Shown here: one piece after another, positions 42,718-52,726 of the stretch
Numbering within the stretch: the first letter of the stretch is position 1
How the letters are laid out: each line of letters starts with the position of its first letter
Source of the DNA: a virus
Taxonomy: Duplodnaviria > Caudoviricetes
DNA length: 64,000 nt
Reading direction: 5' to 3' (one strand)
Virus record (IMG/VR): IMGVR_UViG_3300020045_001587
Coordinates: 1-64,000 of that record
Translations under genes and position numbers: made by a program
Notes under the pieces: generated by a model
Databases searched by the model: none
Told to the model about the DNA's origin: nothing
Seen by the model: only the letters and a program-made list of their open reading frames with translations

Positions 42718-43266
42718 ATGGCGACAAAGAAGCCTAAAGAGCATCTTGTGCGTTGTGGTGGAACAATGACCGAGAGTGCATACCTTGCTTGGATTCGTTC
42801 AGCATTACGCTCTAAGTCTTTGCGCTGGCCCCCACGGTCTGAAGCATTAGAGCTTGCAAGACGGCCCTACAAAGGCCCGAACAAGCGCCAGAAGTGGGAA
42901 TATCAATGCGCAATTTGTGGTGAGTGGCACAATGCTAAAAATGTCATTGTTGACCATCACCCTGTTGCAGCAGGTAGTATTCTCAGTGTTGAGGACATTG
43001 GACCTTTTGCCAATAACTTGTATTGTGAAGTGGATAATTTGAGAGTGCTAGATAAAGTATGCCACGACATTTGGACAGTGGCTGACGCACAACAAATTAG
43101 CTTTGAAGAAGCACGGACATTAAAAACTATTATTGACTTGCTGAAACCAGCTAACAAGAGTAAAATGCAAGCTCTACTAGACTTGAATGGCTACGTATGT
43201 AGAAATCCTGAACAGCGTAGGAAGGCTCTGATGGAAATTTTTAATAAGGGGGAAGAAGATGTATAA
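42718..43266 (+). CDS. HNH-type endonuclease
   Basis: YQCAICG, VIVDHH, NLRVLDKVCH. Confidence 0.75.
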   Translation: MATKKPKEHLVRCGGTMTESAYLAWIRSALRSKSLRWPPRSEALELARRPYKGPNKRQKWEYQCAICGEWHNAKNVIVDHHPVAAGSILSVEDIGPFANNLYCEVDNLRVLDKVCHDIWTVADAQQISFEEARTLKTIIDLLKPANKSKMQALLDLNGYVCRNPEQRRKALMEIFNKGEEDV

Positions 43267-43473
43267 GCGAGTTGATTGTGATGGAGAAGATTATATTGAA
43301 GGATTCTCTTATTTGAATTTGTATGATGAAGAAGAATCTGTTGAGCTAGTAAAAGGTGAACGTTACGTGATTGTTAGAGCCGATGGTGATAAGGTTGGTA
43401 TTTACGACAAAGACATTCCGAAGCTGATTAAGGCTTTGCAAGCTGCTTATGATTATAAGATGAAGGAAATCTG

Positions 43474-44439
43474 ATGACTAAGGACTGGAAACAAGACGCA
43501 ATAATGCTGGCAAACACTGGTGTAATGAGTTGGCGTGATATTAGCATCCAACTTGACGTAGCCAAGAGTACATTAAGCGATTTTCTCAGGAAATACTTTC
43601 AGACTAAGGAAGATGCCTCGCAGGATTATTTTGATGAGGTTTTTAAGGAGAATGAAGTAAAGGACATTACTCACTTGGTTATTCCAGACAGCCAAGTACG
43701 TCCGGGAATCTCCCTAGAGTATCTTCGATGGATTGGTGAATATATTGTACGAAAGCAGCCAGAGGTTATAGTACACCTTGGTGACTTTTGTGATTGGGAG
43801 AGTCTTTCTCAGTGGGATGAGGGAAAGAAGTCTGCTGAAGGTAAACGAGTATTGGCTGACATTGAAGCGTCTATTCTCGGCATGGAAGAACTATTGTACC
43901 CTCTTCGTAAATTGCAAGCAGAACAGAAGTTAGCTGGCGAGAAAGTGTATAACCCTCGCATGGTTATCACTCTGGGGAATCACGAAGACCGCCTTACTCG
44001 GTATGTAAATAACAACCCAAAACTTGAGGGTTTCTTGGATATGTCGCTGTTGCAATACGAGAAATTTGGTTGGGAAGTTGTCCCGTTTCTTACCCCAATC
44101 AATATTGACGGTATCAACTATTGTCATTATTTCCCAAATGTTATGACAGGTCGAGCACTAACAGGTACAGCAAATAATATGCTGAAAACTGTCGGGGAAA
44201 GTTTTACAATGGGTCATCGCCAAACTCTTGACGTAGCTACACGATTTCTGCCGTCCAGTGGGCAACAGCAGTGGGGCTTGGTTGTCGGGGCAGGTTATGT
44301 GCATGAGGAACACTACAAAGGTAAGCAAGGAAATTACCATTGGCGGGGTATTGTTGTCAAGCACCGAGTAAAGAATGGTAGCTACGACCCCTTGTTTATT
44401 TCTTTAGACTGGCTAGAAAGTGAATATGGAAACAAATAA
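43474..44439 (+). CDS. Calcineurin-like metallophosphoesterase with N-terminal HTH
   Basis: IPDSQ, HLGD, LGNHE, GHRQ; SWRDISIQLDVAKSTLSDFLR. Confidence 0.85.
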   Translation: MTKDWKQDAIMLANTGVMSWRDISIQLDVAKSTLSDFLRKYFQTKEDASQDYFDEVFKENEVKDITHLVIPDSQVRPGISLEYLRWIGEYIVRKQPEVIVHLGDFCDWESLSQWDEGKKSAEGKRVLADIEASILGMEELLYPLRKLQAEQKLAGEKVYNPRMVITLGNHEDRLTRYVNNNPKLEGFLDMSLLQYEKFGWEVVPFLTPINIDGINYCHYFPNVMTGRALTGTANNMLKTVGESFTMGHRQTLDVATRFLPSSGQQQWGLVVGAGYVHEEHYKGKQGNYHWRGIVVKHRVKNGSYDPLFISLDWLESEYGNK

Positions 44440-45015
44440 TGCACCAACAAATCACTATCAAGATTAACAATCTGCCACTTGTTCTTATTTGTCTAAGTAA
44501 CGGTCATGTGGCAATTATCCCACAAGGGAAATTCCCTGTAATCTTTGACAGTCCTGAACAAGGAGTGAAAGCTGTAATAACTCCAGAAACAATGCTTGTA
44601 GGAACTACGAATGTGCCGTATAATACAAGTCTTCCTTACAAGGAGATGCCAGAGTTGTTACAATGGCTTGTTGACCAGCAATTAGAAATGCCCGCGTTTG
44701 GGAATATGTTTTAAGGAGGAATACGATGTACCTACCAATGTGTTTTCCAAAATCTGAATACACTGAAGATAGTGCTCTTCATAGATATAACAAGTACCTG
44801 AAAGAATGTAATTTTAGAGTTCTCAACTCTGTAGGTTTAGCAGTTTGTCCTTGGGAGATTTCTATCAAAGACATTGAAGACGACTATGTAATAGCTCTTG
44901 ACCAAGGGCGCAAGTATGATATGACTCCTGAAGCTCGTATTCTGTTTAGCAAGTTTCTAGAGCAAGTGCAGATAGATTTTAATAACAAGACGTTGGAAGA
45001 ACGTAAGGAGTTTGT

Positions 45016-45438
45016 ATGAAAGTTCCAGCGCATCGCATTGGTTACTACGAAGAAACTTATAAGGAAGATATGAAAAATAAAATTAACGATGTAGTAGATG
45101 CCTGCCACAAAGCCTCTTTTGATGCTGGTTGGTGGACTGACAAAGAAGGTAATAGCACGACTCTTAATCCTATGTGTTTTTCCAACAAGCTATGCCTGAT
45201 TCACAGTGAGATTTCTGAATCAATGGAGGGTGATCGTAAAGACTGCCCTGATGACAAACTCCCTCACCGAGATATGCGAGAAGTAGAGTTGGCAGACGCA
45301 CTAATTCGCATTTGTGATTTAGCTGGTGCTTACAATATGGATTTGGGTGGTGCGGTTGTGGAGAAAATGGAGTACAATAAAAATCGGCTGGACCATAAGA
45401 AAGAGTCTCGTGAAGCTGCTGGTGGAAAGGCTTACTAA
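45016..45438 (+). CDS. MazG-like NTP pyrophosphohydrolase
   Basis: LIHSEISE...EVELADALIRICD. Confidence 0.85.
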   Translation: MKVPAHRIGYYEETYKEDMKNKINDVVDACHKASFDAGWWTDKEGNSTTLNPMCFSNKLCLIHSEISESMEGDRKDCPDDKLPHRDMREVELADALIRICDLAGAYNMDLGGAVVEKMEYNKNRLDHKKESREAAGGKAY

Positions 45439-46010
45439 TGTTGTGCATTTCGGTTAGCGACCTAAAGCTAGTAGACGAATTGTCGCATATGACAGAATTT
45501 GAAGTCGTACAAATTAAGAATGACAGCATTGTTGCCAAGTATGCACATGAGTGCGGTATTGACACAGATTTTCCTGTAATGTATATTGCGAACAAACATC
45601 GTAACCTACAAAACCAAATTGTTGTAGGTTATCGGCTGTGCGGTGAAGTGAGGATTGATAGTGAGTTTCGCAATAGTAATCGAAGCAGCATCACAGATCG
45701 TCTAGTTATGACAAGCTACACTGATCCTACGCTTATGGTAGAAGTTGCAGAACTCTCCTTCAAAGTAAGGGATTGGGAGGAGCATCTAAACGACAATGAC
45801 AGCCTTGATTGGGATGCTAGTCGCGCAGAACTACCTGACAGCCAACTAGAAGAAGGTTGGCAGCAAGAGGAAAAGAATATTCAAGCTATGAATGATATGC
45901 TTGTCAGTATTCGCGGCAGTTGCTACAACGCTTCCGGCAGTCTCAAGAGCGCTGAAGAATATAAGAAGTTTGATGAAGAACGTAAGAGCAATATTAACAA
46001 TAACAAGTAA
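45438..46010 (+). CDS. Hypothetical protein (190 aa)
   Basis: ORF coupled by a TAATG junction. Confidence 0.8.
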   Translation: MLCISVSDLKLVDELSHMTEFEVVQIKNDSIVAKYAHECGIDTDFPVMYIANKHRNLQNQIVVGYRLCGEVRIDSEFRNSNRSSITDRLVMTSYTDPTLMVEVAELSFKVRDWEEHLNDNDSLDWDASRAELPDSQLEEGWQQEEKNIQAMNDMLVSIRGSCYNASGSLKSAEEYKKFDEERKSNINNNK

Positions 46011-46020
46011 TAGGAATAAA

Positions 46021-47877
46021 ATGGATAAGCAAGCACTAGCAGACATCACCGTCTTCAACAAATATAGTAAGTTCGTACCAGAGGTATCCCGCCGAGAAAA
46101 CTGGGCAGAAATTGTGAATCGTAATGCAGCCATGCATAAAGAGAAGTACCCACGCATGACTGAAAAGATTGACCAAGTTTACAAGGATTTTGTGCATACT
46201 AAACGTGTCCTTCCTAGTATGCGTTCCCTTCAATTTGGTGGTCGTCCTATTCTATTGAACGAAGCGCGCATCTTTAACTGTGCGTACGCCCCAGCAGAAT
46301 CTCCAAAGTTCTTCAGTGAACTTATGTTCTTGCTGCTAGGTGGCACAGGTATGGGCTACTCTGTACAGAAGCGACATGTAAGTAAGCTGCCTAAAGTGAA
46401 GCAGCCTGAGAGTGACATGGAATATAAGTTCCAAGTTCAAGATAGTATTGTTGGTTGGAGTGATGCAATCAAGGTGGTTGCTAAGGCATTCTTCAACGCA
46501 GGTACTCTCCCTATCTTTGACTATCGGGATATTCGTGAAAAAGGCAGTGAGCTTGTAACTACTGGTGGACAAGCGCCGGGTCATGCTCCTTTGAAGGCTT
46601 GTGTGGAGCAACTGATTGCACTGCTTCGCCCTGCTGTTGGTCGTAAGCTCAAGAGTATTGAAGTGCATGACATGGCTTGTATTATTGCAGATGCTGTACT
46701 TGCTGGTGGTATTCGTCGGGCAGCTATGATTAGTTTGTTTGATCGTGATGATGAAGACATGCTAACCGCTAAAGCAGGAGAATGGTATATCACTCATCCG
46801 TACCGTGCACGTTCTAATAACTCTGCTGTTCTTCCTCGTGGTGAAGTTACGGAAGAAGAGTTTGAGGCTCTGATGAAACGTGTAGAGGAATCTGGCTGCG
46901 GCGAGCCGGGAGTGTATTGGAGTAATAACGAAGATTGGGGTACGAATCCTTGTTGTGAAATTGGCCTTCGTCCTTACCAAATGTGTAACCTTGTTGAGCT
47001 AAATGCAGGAGTTATTACAGACCAAAAGAGTTTTAATGACGCGGCTGAAGCTGGTGCATTCATTGGCACTTTGCAAGCAGGTTATACTGACTTCCACTAT
47101 CTTAATCCTAAGTGGAAGATTGCTTGTGAGAAGGATGCTCTACTTGGTGTATCTATGACAGGTATTGCTTCTGGTAATGTAGAGCCACTTGATATGAAGG
47201 AAGCAGCAGAGCATGCTAAGAAGTGTAACGTAGAAACTGCCAAGTCTCTTGGGATTAAGAAGGCTGCACGAGTTACGGCTGTTAAGCCAGCAGGCACTAC
47301 TTCTTTGGTTCTTGGCACTAGCTCTGGTATTCATGCTTGGCATGGTGAGTATTATATTCGTCGGATGCGTGCTGGTAAGGATGAGAAATTGGCTCAGTAT
47401 ATGATGCAAGCTGCGCCGGGTCTTGTAGAGCAAGATGTATTTGTACCACATCAGGTAGTGCTAAGTTTCCCTCAGAAGGCCCCTGAAGGTGCTACGGTAC
47501 GTACAGAAAGTATGTTGTCGCTGCTTGAACGTGTGAAGAATGTCGCTATCAATTGGGTAGCACAAGGTCATCGTTCTGGTTCTAACAAGCACAATGTAAG
47601 CTGCACTATCTCTGTGAAAGACGGTGAGTGGGAAGAACTTACTAAGTGGATGTGGAATAACCGAGAGCACTACAACGGTATTTCTGTGCTTCCGTTCTTT
47701 GGTGCTGAAGCCTATCCGCAGCTTCCCTTTGAGGACATTAGCAAAGAGAAGTATGAAGAAATGCTTCCTCTGTTGAATGGTATTGACATTAGTAAGGTTT
47801 ACGAGGAAAATGGCAATGCTGTGAACTTGTCTTCGGAGCTTGCCTGTTCTGGACCAAATGGTTGTGAAATTATTTAA
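46021..47877 (+). CDS. nrdJ: Class II (B12-dependent) ribonucleotide reductase
   Basis: FNC, TNPCCEI, CNL, KPAGT, C-terminal CSGPNGC; no beta subunit gene nearby. Confidence 0.9.
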   Translation: MDKQALADITVFNKYSKFVPEVSRRENWAEIVNRNAAMHKEKYPRMTEKIDQVYKDFVHTKRVLPSMRSLQFGGRPILLNEARIFNCAYAPAESPKFFSELMFLLLGGTGMGYSVQKRHVSKLPKVKQPESDMEYKFQVQDSIVGWSDAIKVVAKAFFNAGTLPIFDYRDIREKGSELVTTGGQAPGHAPLKACVEQLIALLRPAVGRKLKSIEVHDMACIIADAVLAGGIRRAAMISLFDRDDEDMLTAKAGEWYITHPYRARSNNSAVLPRGEVTEEEFEALMKRVEESGCGEPGVYWSNNEDWGTNPCCEIGLRPYQMCNLVELNAGVITDQKSFNDAAEAGAFIGTLQAGYTDFHYLNPKWKIACEKDALLGVSMTGIASGNVEPLDMKEAAEHAKKCNVETAKSLGIKKAARVTAVKPAGTTSLVLGTSSGIHAWHGEYYIRRMRAGKDEKLAQYMMQAAPGLVEQDVFVPHQVVLSFPQKAPEGATVRTESMLSLLERVKNVAINWVAQGHRSGSNKHNVSCTISVKDGEWEELTKWMWNNREHYNGISVLPFFGAEAYPQLPFEDISKEKYEEMLPLLNGIDISKVYEENGNAVNLSSELACSGPNGCEII

Positions 47878-47886
47878 GGAGAAACA

Positions 47887-48147
47887 ATGCTGACGATTTA
47901 TTCTAAAAACGGTTGCAGTGCTTGTGTATCAGCAGCTAACCTTCTAACTAATTACAACATTCCTTTCAAGGAAGTTAAGATTGACCAAGATGATAATGCT
48001 AAACAGTTTATTCTTGGCCGAGGATTCCGAACTGTTCCTCAAATCTTCAATGGAGATAAACTGTTCGTTGCAGGAGGTTGGCTTGGTCTTATGAAAATGT
48101 CTGAGCAAGATATCAAGGCTTTGCTTTACGGAACGGAAGGAGCATGA
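47887..48147 (+). CDS. Glutaredoxin
   Basis: CSAC, TVPQIF, GG. Confidence 0.92.
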   Translation: MLTIYSKNGCSACVSAANLLTNYNIPFKEVKIDQDDNAKQFILGRGFRTVPQIFNGDKLFVAGGWLGLMKMSEQDIKALLYGTEGA

Positions 48148-48219
48148 ATGCTTGATTGGCCTGATATGGAGTTTCCACCAATCAATCTCTGGAATGCTCC
48201 ACATTTGAAATAATAACAA

Positions 48220-48259
48220 TTGACAACCCTGAGAAGACCCTATAAAATGGGCTTCTCAG
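48220..48259 (+). promoter_or_regulatory. Promoter TTGACA-17-TAAAAT with the -10 box inside an inverted repeat
   Basis: CTGAGAAG-A-CCC [TATAAAAT] GGG-CTTCTCAG. Confidence 0.75.
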
Positions 48260-48273
48260 CTAAAGGAGAAATA

Positions 48274-49535
48274 ATGAGATTTTCTACATTTTGGAAACTG
48301 TTTGGAGAGAAGGGTGAGCAACATCCACATGTCCCTCCAAAGCCAATTCCACCACCAATGCCAGAAGTTGTACACCCACCTCTGAGTGAGCCTGTTCTAT
48401 CTATAATCCGTACTCTGGAAAACGGTGAGTGGACTAGTTATTGTTCCAAAGGAGGTATTTATTGTCAATCTTATGAGTTCGCACATAAAAAGACTTCTTT
48501 GAAGATTAAAGTCCACGTGAGCGTGATTGATCGAGGTATTGGCGAAAAGATAAAAGTTCTTTACTATACTGACGAGCCTTACATGACGCAGTACGAAAGA
48601 GAAGCAGTTGGTAAAGCAGCGATGGAGAGTAAAATTAAATTTGATGCTATTCAAAAGTTGGAACGAGATGCTAAACGTAAAGAAGAGTTTATGGTATTGA
48701 TAGAAACCACACATTCTAGTAAGGAGAACTAAATGTCAAAACTAATTGACACAGCGCTGTCAAAGCTACTAAAATTCATTGTAGCATTCGTTGTAATGTT
48801 CTTTGCAATTATTGTAGGATATCCACTTATTGTTGTGAGTAGTGTGGCTCTTGTGGCTTATTACACTGTTGCTGTTGTGAAGCTGACGTACCAGAATTTC
48901 TTGAAAGGTGAATGATGCGTTATTCTTCTGACAAAAACGATGAGGGATATCAAGCACTACAAGACGTCAGGGTACTAGGTAAGAATGTATTTGTATATTT
49001 AGACGGAGACAAAGTAGAAGAAGTGTTCACCGTGGATACAGAGATTGGGTATATTCATAAATACTGCCAACCACTTGAAACCACTAAAGATGGTGACAAA
49101 CTAGTAACTGAAGGAATCTTCGGTAATGTAACTATTGAAATTAAATAAGGAAATAATATGACCCAAACTAACACCACTACCACCCTCGTAGAATACTCCC
49201 GCGAACTGATGCCTAAGTTCCGCACTCTTGCCAAGAAGAACGAAATTCTTAAAGAATGGGCCGCAGAAGACACCACTGTTCTTGAATATAAAGTGCAAAT
49301 CAAAGCACTCCAAGATGAAATGAAAGCCTACATTGAAGAAACGGAAAGTGAGCTTGTACGTGAAATCAAAGACCTCTCCACCGATATTGGTTTGGCTTGC
49401 AAGGCTGCTGCTAAAGGCTCTGACTATGAAGCGAAAGATTTGAAAGCGTACTTCAAGAAACGCTCTGAAGATAAGGTTGAGGAAGTTGTGCAGAAGGGCG
49501 TTCTGTTCTGCGAACTGGAACAGGAGCTTGCATAA
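48274..49535 (+). other. Hypothetical genes 48274-48732, 48733-48915 (membrane), 48912-49148, 49158-49535 (helical, possibly DNA-binding)
   Basis: Co-oriented ORFs with AAGGA(G) RBS. Confidence 0.75.
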
Positions 49536-49831
49536 TGTATATTGCCCTCGACTACGACGATACGTACACGCTTGATCCTGCTGCTTGGGATGAGTTTATC
49601 TTGATGATGCAAGAACATCAGCATGAAGTGTATATTGTGACGGGACGTAGTAAACCTATTCCAAAGAAACATCGTAAGCATCTTTCTGATCTAGTTGATG
49701 GTATCTATTACACCGGAGGTAAAGCTAAGAAGCCTTATATGGAACGAATTGGCATTTACATTAATATTTGGTGTGATGACAACCCCAAGCGAATCCTGAA
49801 AGATAAGAAGCCTAAGCTAAAAGAAATCTAA
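49535..49831 (+). CDS. HAD-superfamily phosphatase-like protein
   Basis: DYDDT (motif I), VTGR (II), DDNP (IV). Confidence 0.8.
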   Translation: MYIALDYDDTYTLDPAAWDEFILMMQEHQHEVYIVTGRSKPIPKKHRKHLSDLVDGIYYTGGKAKKPYMERIGIYINIWCDDNPKRILKDKKPKLKEI

Positions 49832-50123
49832 AGTACAATAAAAGAAGCTCAGAGTCCTGTGAAGGATATCTGAGCAAATCCCTCACACGAGGGTATTCCC
49901 ACCAAAGGAAAGCGTATGAATCTTAATGATATTGTTCCGCTGGTTGTAAAGTATTCTCCAGCGGCTAATTGTGTTTTGCAATTGCTGGGTGAACCTCAAA
50001 AGGAATTCATCCACAATAATGCTGAATGGCTCTCGCCATATATGCAAACTAAGGAAGGGCAAGAAGCTTTGCATTTATTTCTCGTAGAGTTTGCAGAGTT
50101 TGTTTTGAAGCAGAAAGCAAGAA

Positions 50124-50621
50124 ATGCAGGGTGAAGTAATATCCCAACAAGCATTAAAAGAAATTCTTAGTTACAACCCTGATACAGGTATATTTACTTG
50201 GATAAAATCCCCTAGGCCGGGCTGGGTTAATAAAGTTGCTGGCTATTTACATGAGACATATATTGACATCTCAATAAATAGAAAAGCGTACAAAGCTCAC
50301 CGTCTTGCTTGGCTGTATATCTACGGAAACTTTCCAGACTGTGAAATTGACCATGTAAACTTAAACAGGACAGATAATAGAATCAGTAATTTAAGGTTAG
50401 CAACGGAAGAAGAACAAGCCAGTAATAAATCAAGGTACAAGAATAATAAAAGTGGAGTGAAAGGAGTCTACAAAGATAGTAGGTATGATAAATGGATTGC
50501 TGTCATTTACAAAGATAGGCGAAGCTATTATATTGGGTCATTTGAATTACTAGAAGACGCTGCTGAAGCAATTAAGATTAAAAGGGAAGAATTACACGGC
50601 GCTTTTTGTAATCATGGGTAG
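50124..50621 (+). CDS. HNH homing endonuclease with AP2-like domain
   Basis: AHRLAWLY, IDHVNLNRTDNRISNLR, NNKSGVKGV. Confidence 0.92.
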   Translation: MQGEVISQQALKEILSYNPDTGIFTWIKSPRPGWVNKVAGYLHETYIDISINRKAYKAHRLAWLYIYGNFPDCEIDHVNLNRTDNRISNLRLATEEEQASNKSRYKNNKSGVKGVYKDSRYDKWIAVIYKDRRSYYIGSFELLEDAAEAIKIKREELHGAFCNHG

Positions 50622-50624
50622 TGG

Positions 50625-50650
50625 GAGGGAGCCGCTTGGCTCCCTCTTTG
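50625..50650. terminator. Terminator at the convergence of the two genome arms
   Basis: GAGGGAGCC-GCTT-GGCTCCCTC-TTT. Confidence 0.85.
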
Positions 50651-50750
50651 CTATGAATTACGTGCTATTGCAAGTTTCAGTCTAAGCTAGTGATGCTACC
50701 AGTCGCCATAAACTATAGTGCTATGTGCTAAAGCAGCATCAATGCACACC

Positions 50751-51815
50751 TCAATTTACGCGAGTGTTTGCGGCGCTGGCAGTTTGACCTGCTGTCCCTT
50801 GTACACCAAAATTGATGTTGCTTTGTGTCTGACGAACAACCTGAATGTCATTAGCCAGATTGCCAACCTGTGCAGCTAGTTGAGCAAGAATCTGGAATTG
50901 TTGCTGTTGCTGAGTCTGTGCTTGAATCTGGTTTTGATTCTGGTTCACAGTTTGGGCAACATTGACTTCCACTTCGCGGCTACGACCAGCAGCACGAGTT
51001 TCTGCCAGTTGTGCTTCAGCGACAGCCAGCATGCGTTGCAGATTAGCATCGTTTTGCGACACGATCAGAGCACGAGTCTTGTCACCGTCATCACGCACAG
51101 CCGTAGTAATAGCGTACTGAGAATCTTTAGTAGCGTTCAGGTTAGCAACACCGTAAGCTGCGATAGATTCTTTGATGGAGCCTTGCGAGGCCAGAGAAGC
51201 AGCAATAGCTTCGGAAACACCCTTGTTGATGCTTGCCGTAGACATTGCAATGTTCTGGTTTGTCAGGCTATTTGCCAGAGCAGAAGCTGTAGCGTTGGTG
51301 TTAGCAATCAGGGTAAGATTATTATCAACACCAGCAAGGGCCAACTGAACTTGTGATTCAGCCAGAGGCACAGCAGCCTTGATGTCGCCAAGAGCTTGCA
51401 GAACAACAGTGTTCTGTGCTGTATCAGTGATTTGTGCAGCCGTAGATGCCAGCAGAGAAGGCGTAACAACACCACCTACAGCGCCATCACCATCACCGCC
51501 TAGAATACCACCACGGCGACCAAGTAGCGCGCCACCCAATACCCCACCCAATACTCCAGCTCCAAGTCCTCCACCGATGGCACCGGCTGTATTACCCCCG
51601 GCATTGCCCATCACCATTGGCAGAACACTTCCCAAGCCACTTCCAAATACGTTTACGTCAGGTGTACTCATTTTCATTTCCTCTTTTAAATGTTTGATTT
51701 TCTTTTCAATACGAGCAGCACGAGCGACACTATTGTCTTCATGCTGTTGTAGGCGAGTGCCTACGTCTTGCAGGGTTTCCACTGACCCCATTGAAGGGGC
51801 TACAGATTCGTCCAT
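50751..51815 (-). CDS. Gly-rich membrane / Gln-rich coiled-coil protein (second in-frame start at 51671)
   Basis: GGGLGAGVLGGVLGGALLG segment; Q/N-rich C-terminus; RBS-like sequence before both starts. Confidence 0.85.
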   Translation of the reverse strand: MDESVAPSMGSVETLQDVGTRLQQHEDNSVARAARIEKKIKHLKEEMKMSTPDVNVFGSGLGSVLPMVMGNAGGNTAGAIGGGLGAGVLGGVLGGALLGRRGGILGGDGDGAVGGVVTPSLLASTAAQITDTAQNTVVLQALGDIKAAVPLAESQVQLALAGVDNNLTLIANTNATASALANSLTNQNIAMSTASINKGVSEAIAASLASQGSIKESIAAYGVANLNATKDSQYAITTAVRDDGDKTRALIVSQNDANLQRMLAVAEAQLAETRAAGRSREVEVNVAQTVNQNQNQIQAQTQQQQQFQILAQLAAQVGNLANDIQVVRQTQSNINFGVQGTAGQTASAANTRVN

Positions 51816-51999
51816 AAAACACCTCTTTCTAATGTGTTAGAATTAAGTAAAGGAGTTATTAGAAAATGTATCTTTCGATACACATTTAGATACTCACAGC
51901 TTCTATGAGTATTCGCACAACATATTGCTACGTCGTGCTCAACGGCTCTTGCCATTGTCTTGCAGAGAACACAAAGAGGGCCATGTTCTCAATTCAAAT

Positions 52000-52266
52000 T
52001 TATTTTGTTGCTTTAATTAATGCGTCCATACGATCTGAACATTCCCAGAAGATAGCTGCATTAGTTGTAATATTCACCAAAGCATCCTTGCCAGTTGTTC
52101 CCTCAAGGGCCACTATTGGCTTGCACGGTTGCTGGAGAGATGGATTCAATTTTACGTCCTGAGATGGCTTGATTGGCAATTGACAGCCCTGAATTGTCAA
52201 GACAATTGTTAGTGTAAACAGGCTTCTCAATAATCTTTGATACAGTTTTGGTGATGGTTCGCACAT
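52000..52266 (-). CDS. o-spanin (Rz1-like lipoprotein)
   Basis: Lipobox-like IQGC after a hydrophobic stretch; overlaps the 3' end of the i-spanin gene. Confidence 0.8.
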   Translation of the reverse strand: MCEPSPKLYQRLLRSLFTLTIVLTIQGCQLPIKPSQDVKLNPSLQQPCKPIVALEGTTGKDALVNITTNAAIFWECSDRMDALIKATK

Positions 52267-52480
52267 TATCTTCTCTATTCTTTTTAGTGTCTTCCAACTC
52301 TTGCGCAATAGTGTTATACTTGTCTTGCTGAATTTTGTCAGCCTTAGCTTGCTTGGCAAGCATATCTTCTGTGCATTGCTTGTAACCGCTCTCGTACACG
52401 TAATAGCCAATTCCGAAGAACACAGCAATGACGATGAGATACTCGCCTAGCTTGGCTTGCCAGCCTAGTAGCCCAAACAT
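52103..52480 (-). CDS. i-spanin (Rz-like)
   Basis: N-terminal TM segment, coiled coil, C-terminal Cys. Confidence 0.8.
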   Translation of the reverse strand: MFGLLGWQAKLGEYLIVIAVFFGIGYYVYESGYKQCTEDMLAKQAKADKIQQDKYNTIAQELEDTKKNREDNVRTITKTVSKIIEKPVYTNNCLDNSGLSIANQAISGRKIESISPATVQANSGP

Positions 52481-52725
52481 TATTCTGGCTCCTTCGGTGT
52501 GTCCTTTTTAATTGCTAATGCACCTCCGAGTGTTGCGAGAATTGCACCTAAGCCTCCTGAGAATGCAAGCATATCAAAAGGGACGTGTTGAATGAATGTG
52601 GAGTAAAAGTGGCAGCCGAAAGCGTATGTTGTTCCTCCTAATGCTGTGAGACGAACAGGGCAGATGGTTTTATTATCAGGTTCTGTTGTGATGTTGTTTA
52701 TTGTCTTCTTCATCTTTTCCCACAT
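52480..52725 (-). CDS. Holin-like two-TM protein
   Basis: Two hydrophobic segments and a charged C-terminus, between endolysin and spanin. Confidence 0.6.
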   Translation of the reverse strand: MWEKMKKTINNITTEPDNKTICPVRLTALGGTTYAFGCHFYSTFIQHVPFDMLAFSGGLGAILATLGGALAIKKDTPKEPE

Positions 52726-52726
52726 A

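Noticed and set aside
37422-45438. Z-genome (2-aminoadenine) pathway suggested by the HD hydrolase plus MazG
   Set aside because: No PurZ/adenylosuccinate-synthetase-like ORF in this window; it cannot be excluded elsewhere in the genome.
45892-46020. N-terminal extension of the RNR given in the ORF track
   Set aside because: It overlaps the upstream gene; the TAGGAAT RBS supports a start at 46021.
31544-47877. Introns or inteins in the polymerase or RNR
   Set aside because: Both ORFs are continuous and of normal length; the HNH genes are free-standing.
17319-50621. Alternative genetic code (stop-codon reassignment)
   Set aside because: Core genes are full length under the standard code, and TAA, TAG and TGA all end genes at tight junctions.
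50751-51815. Collagen-like repeat protein
   Set aside because: The glycines follow GxxxG/GG patterns, not Gly-X-Y triplets.
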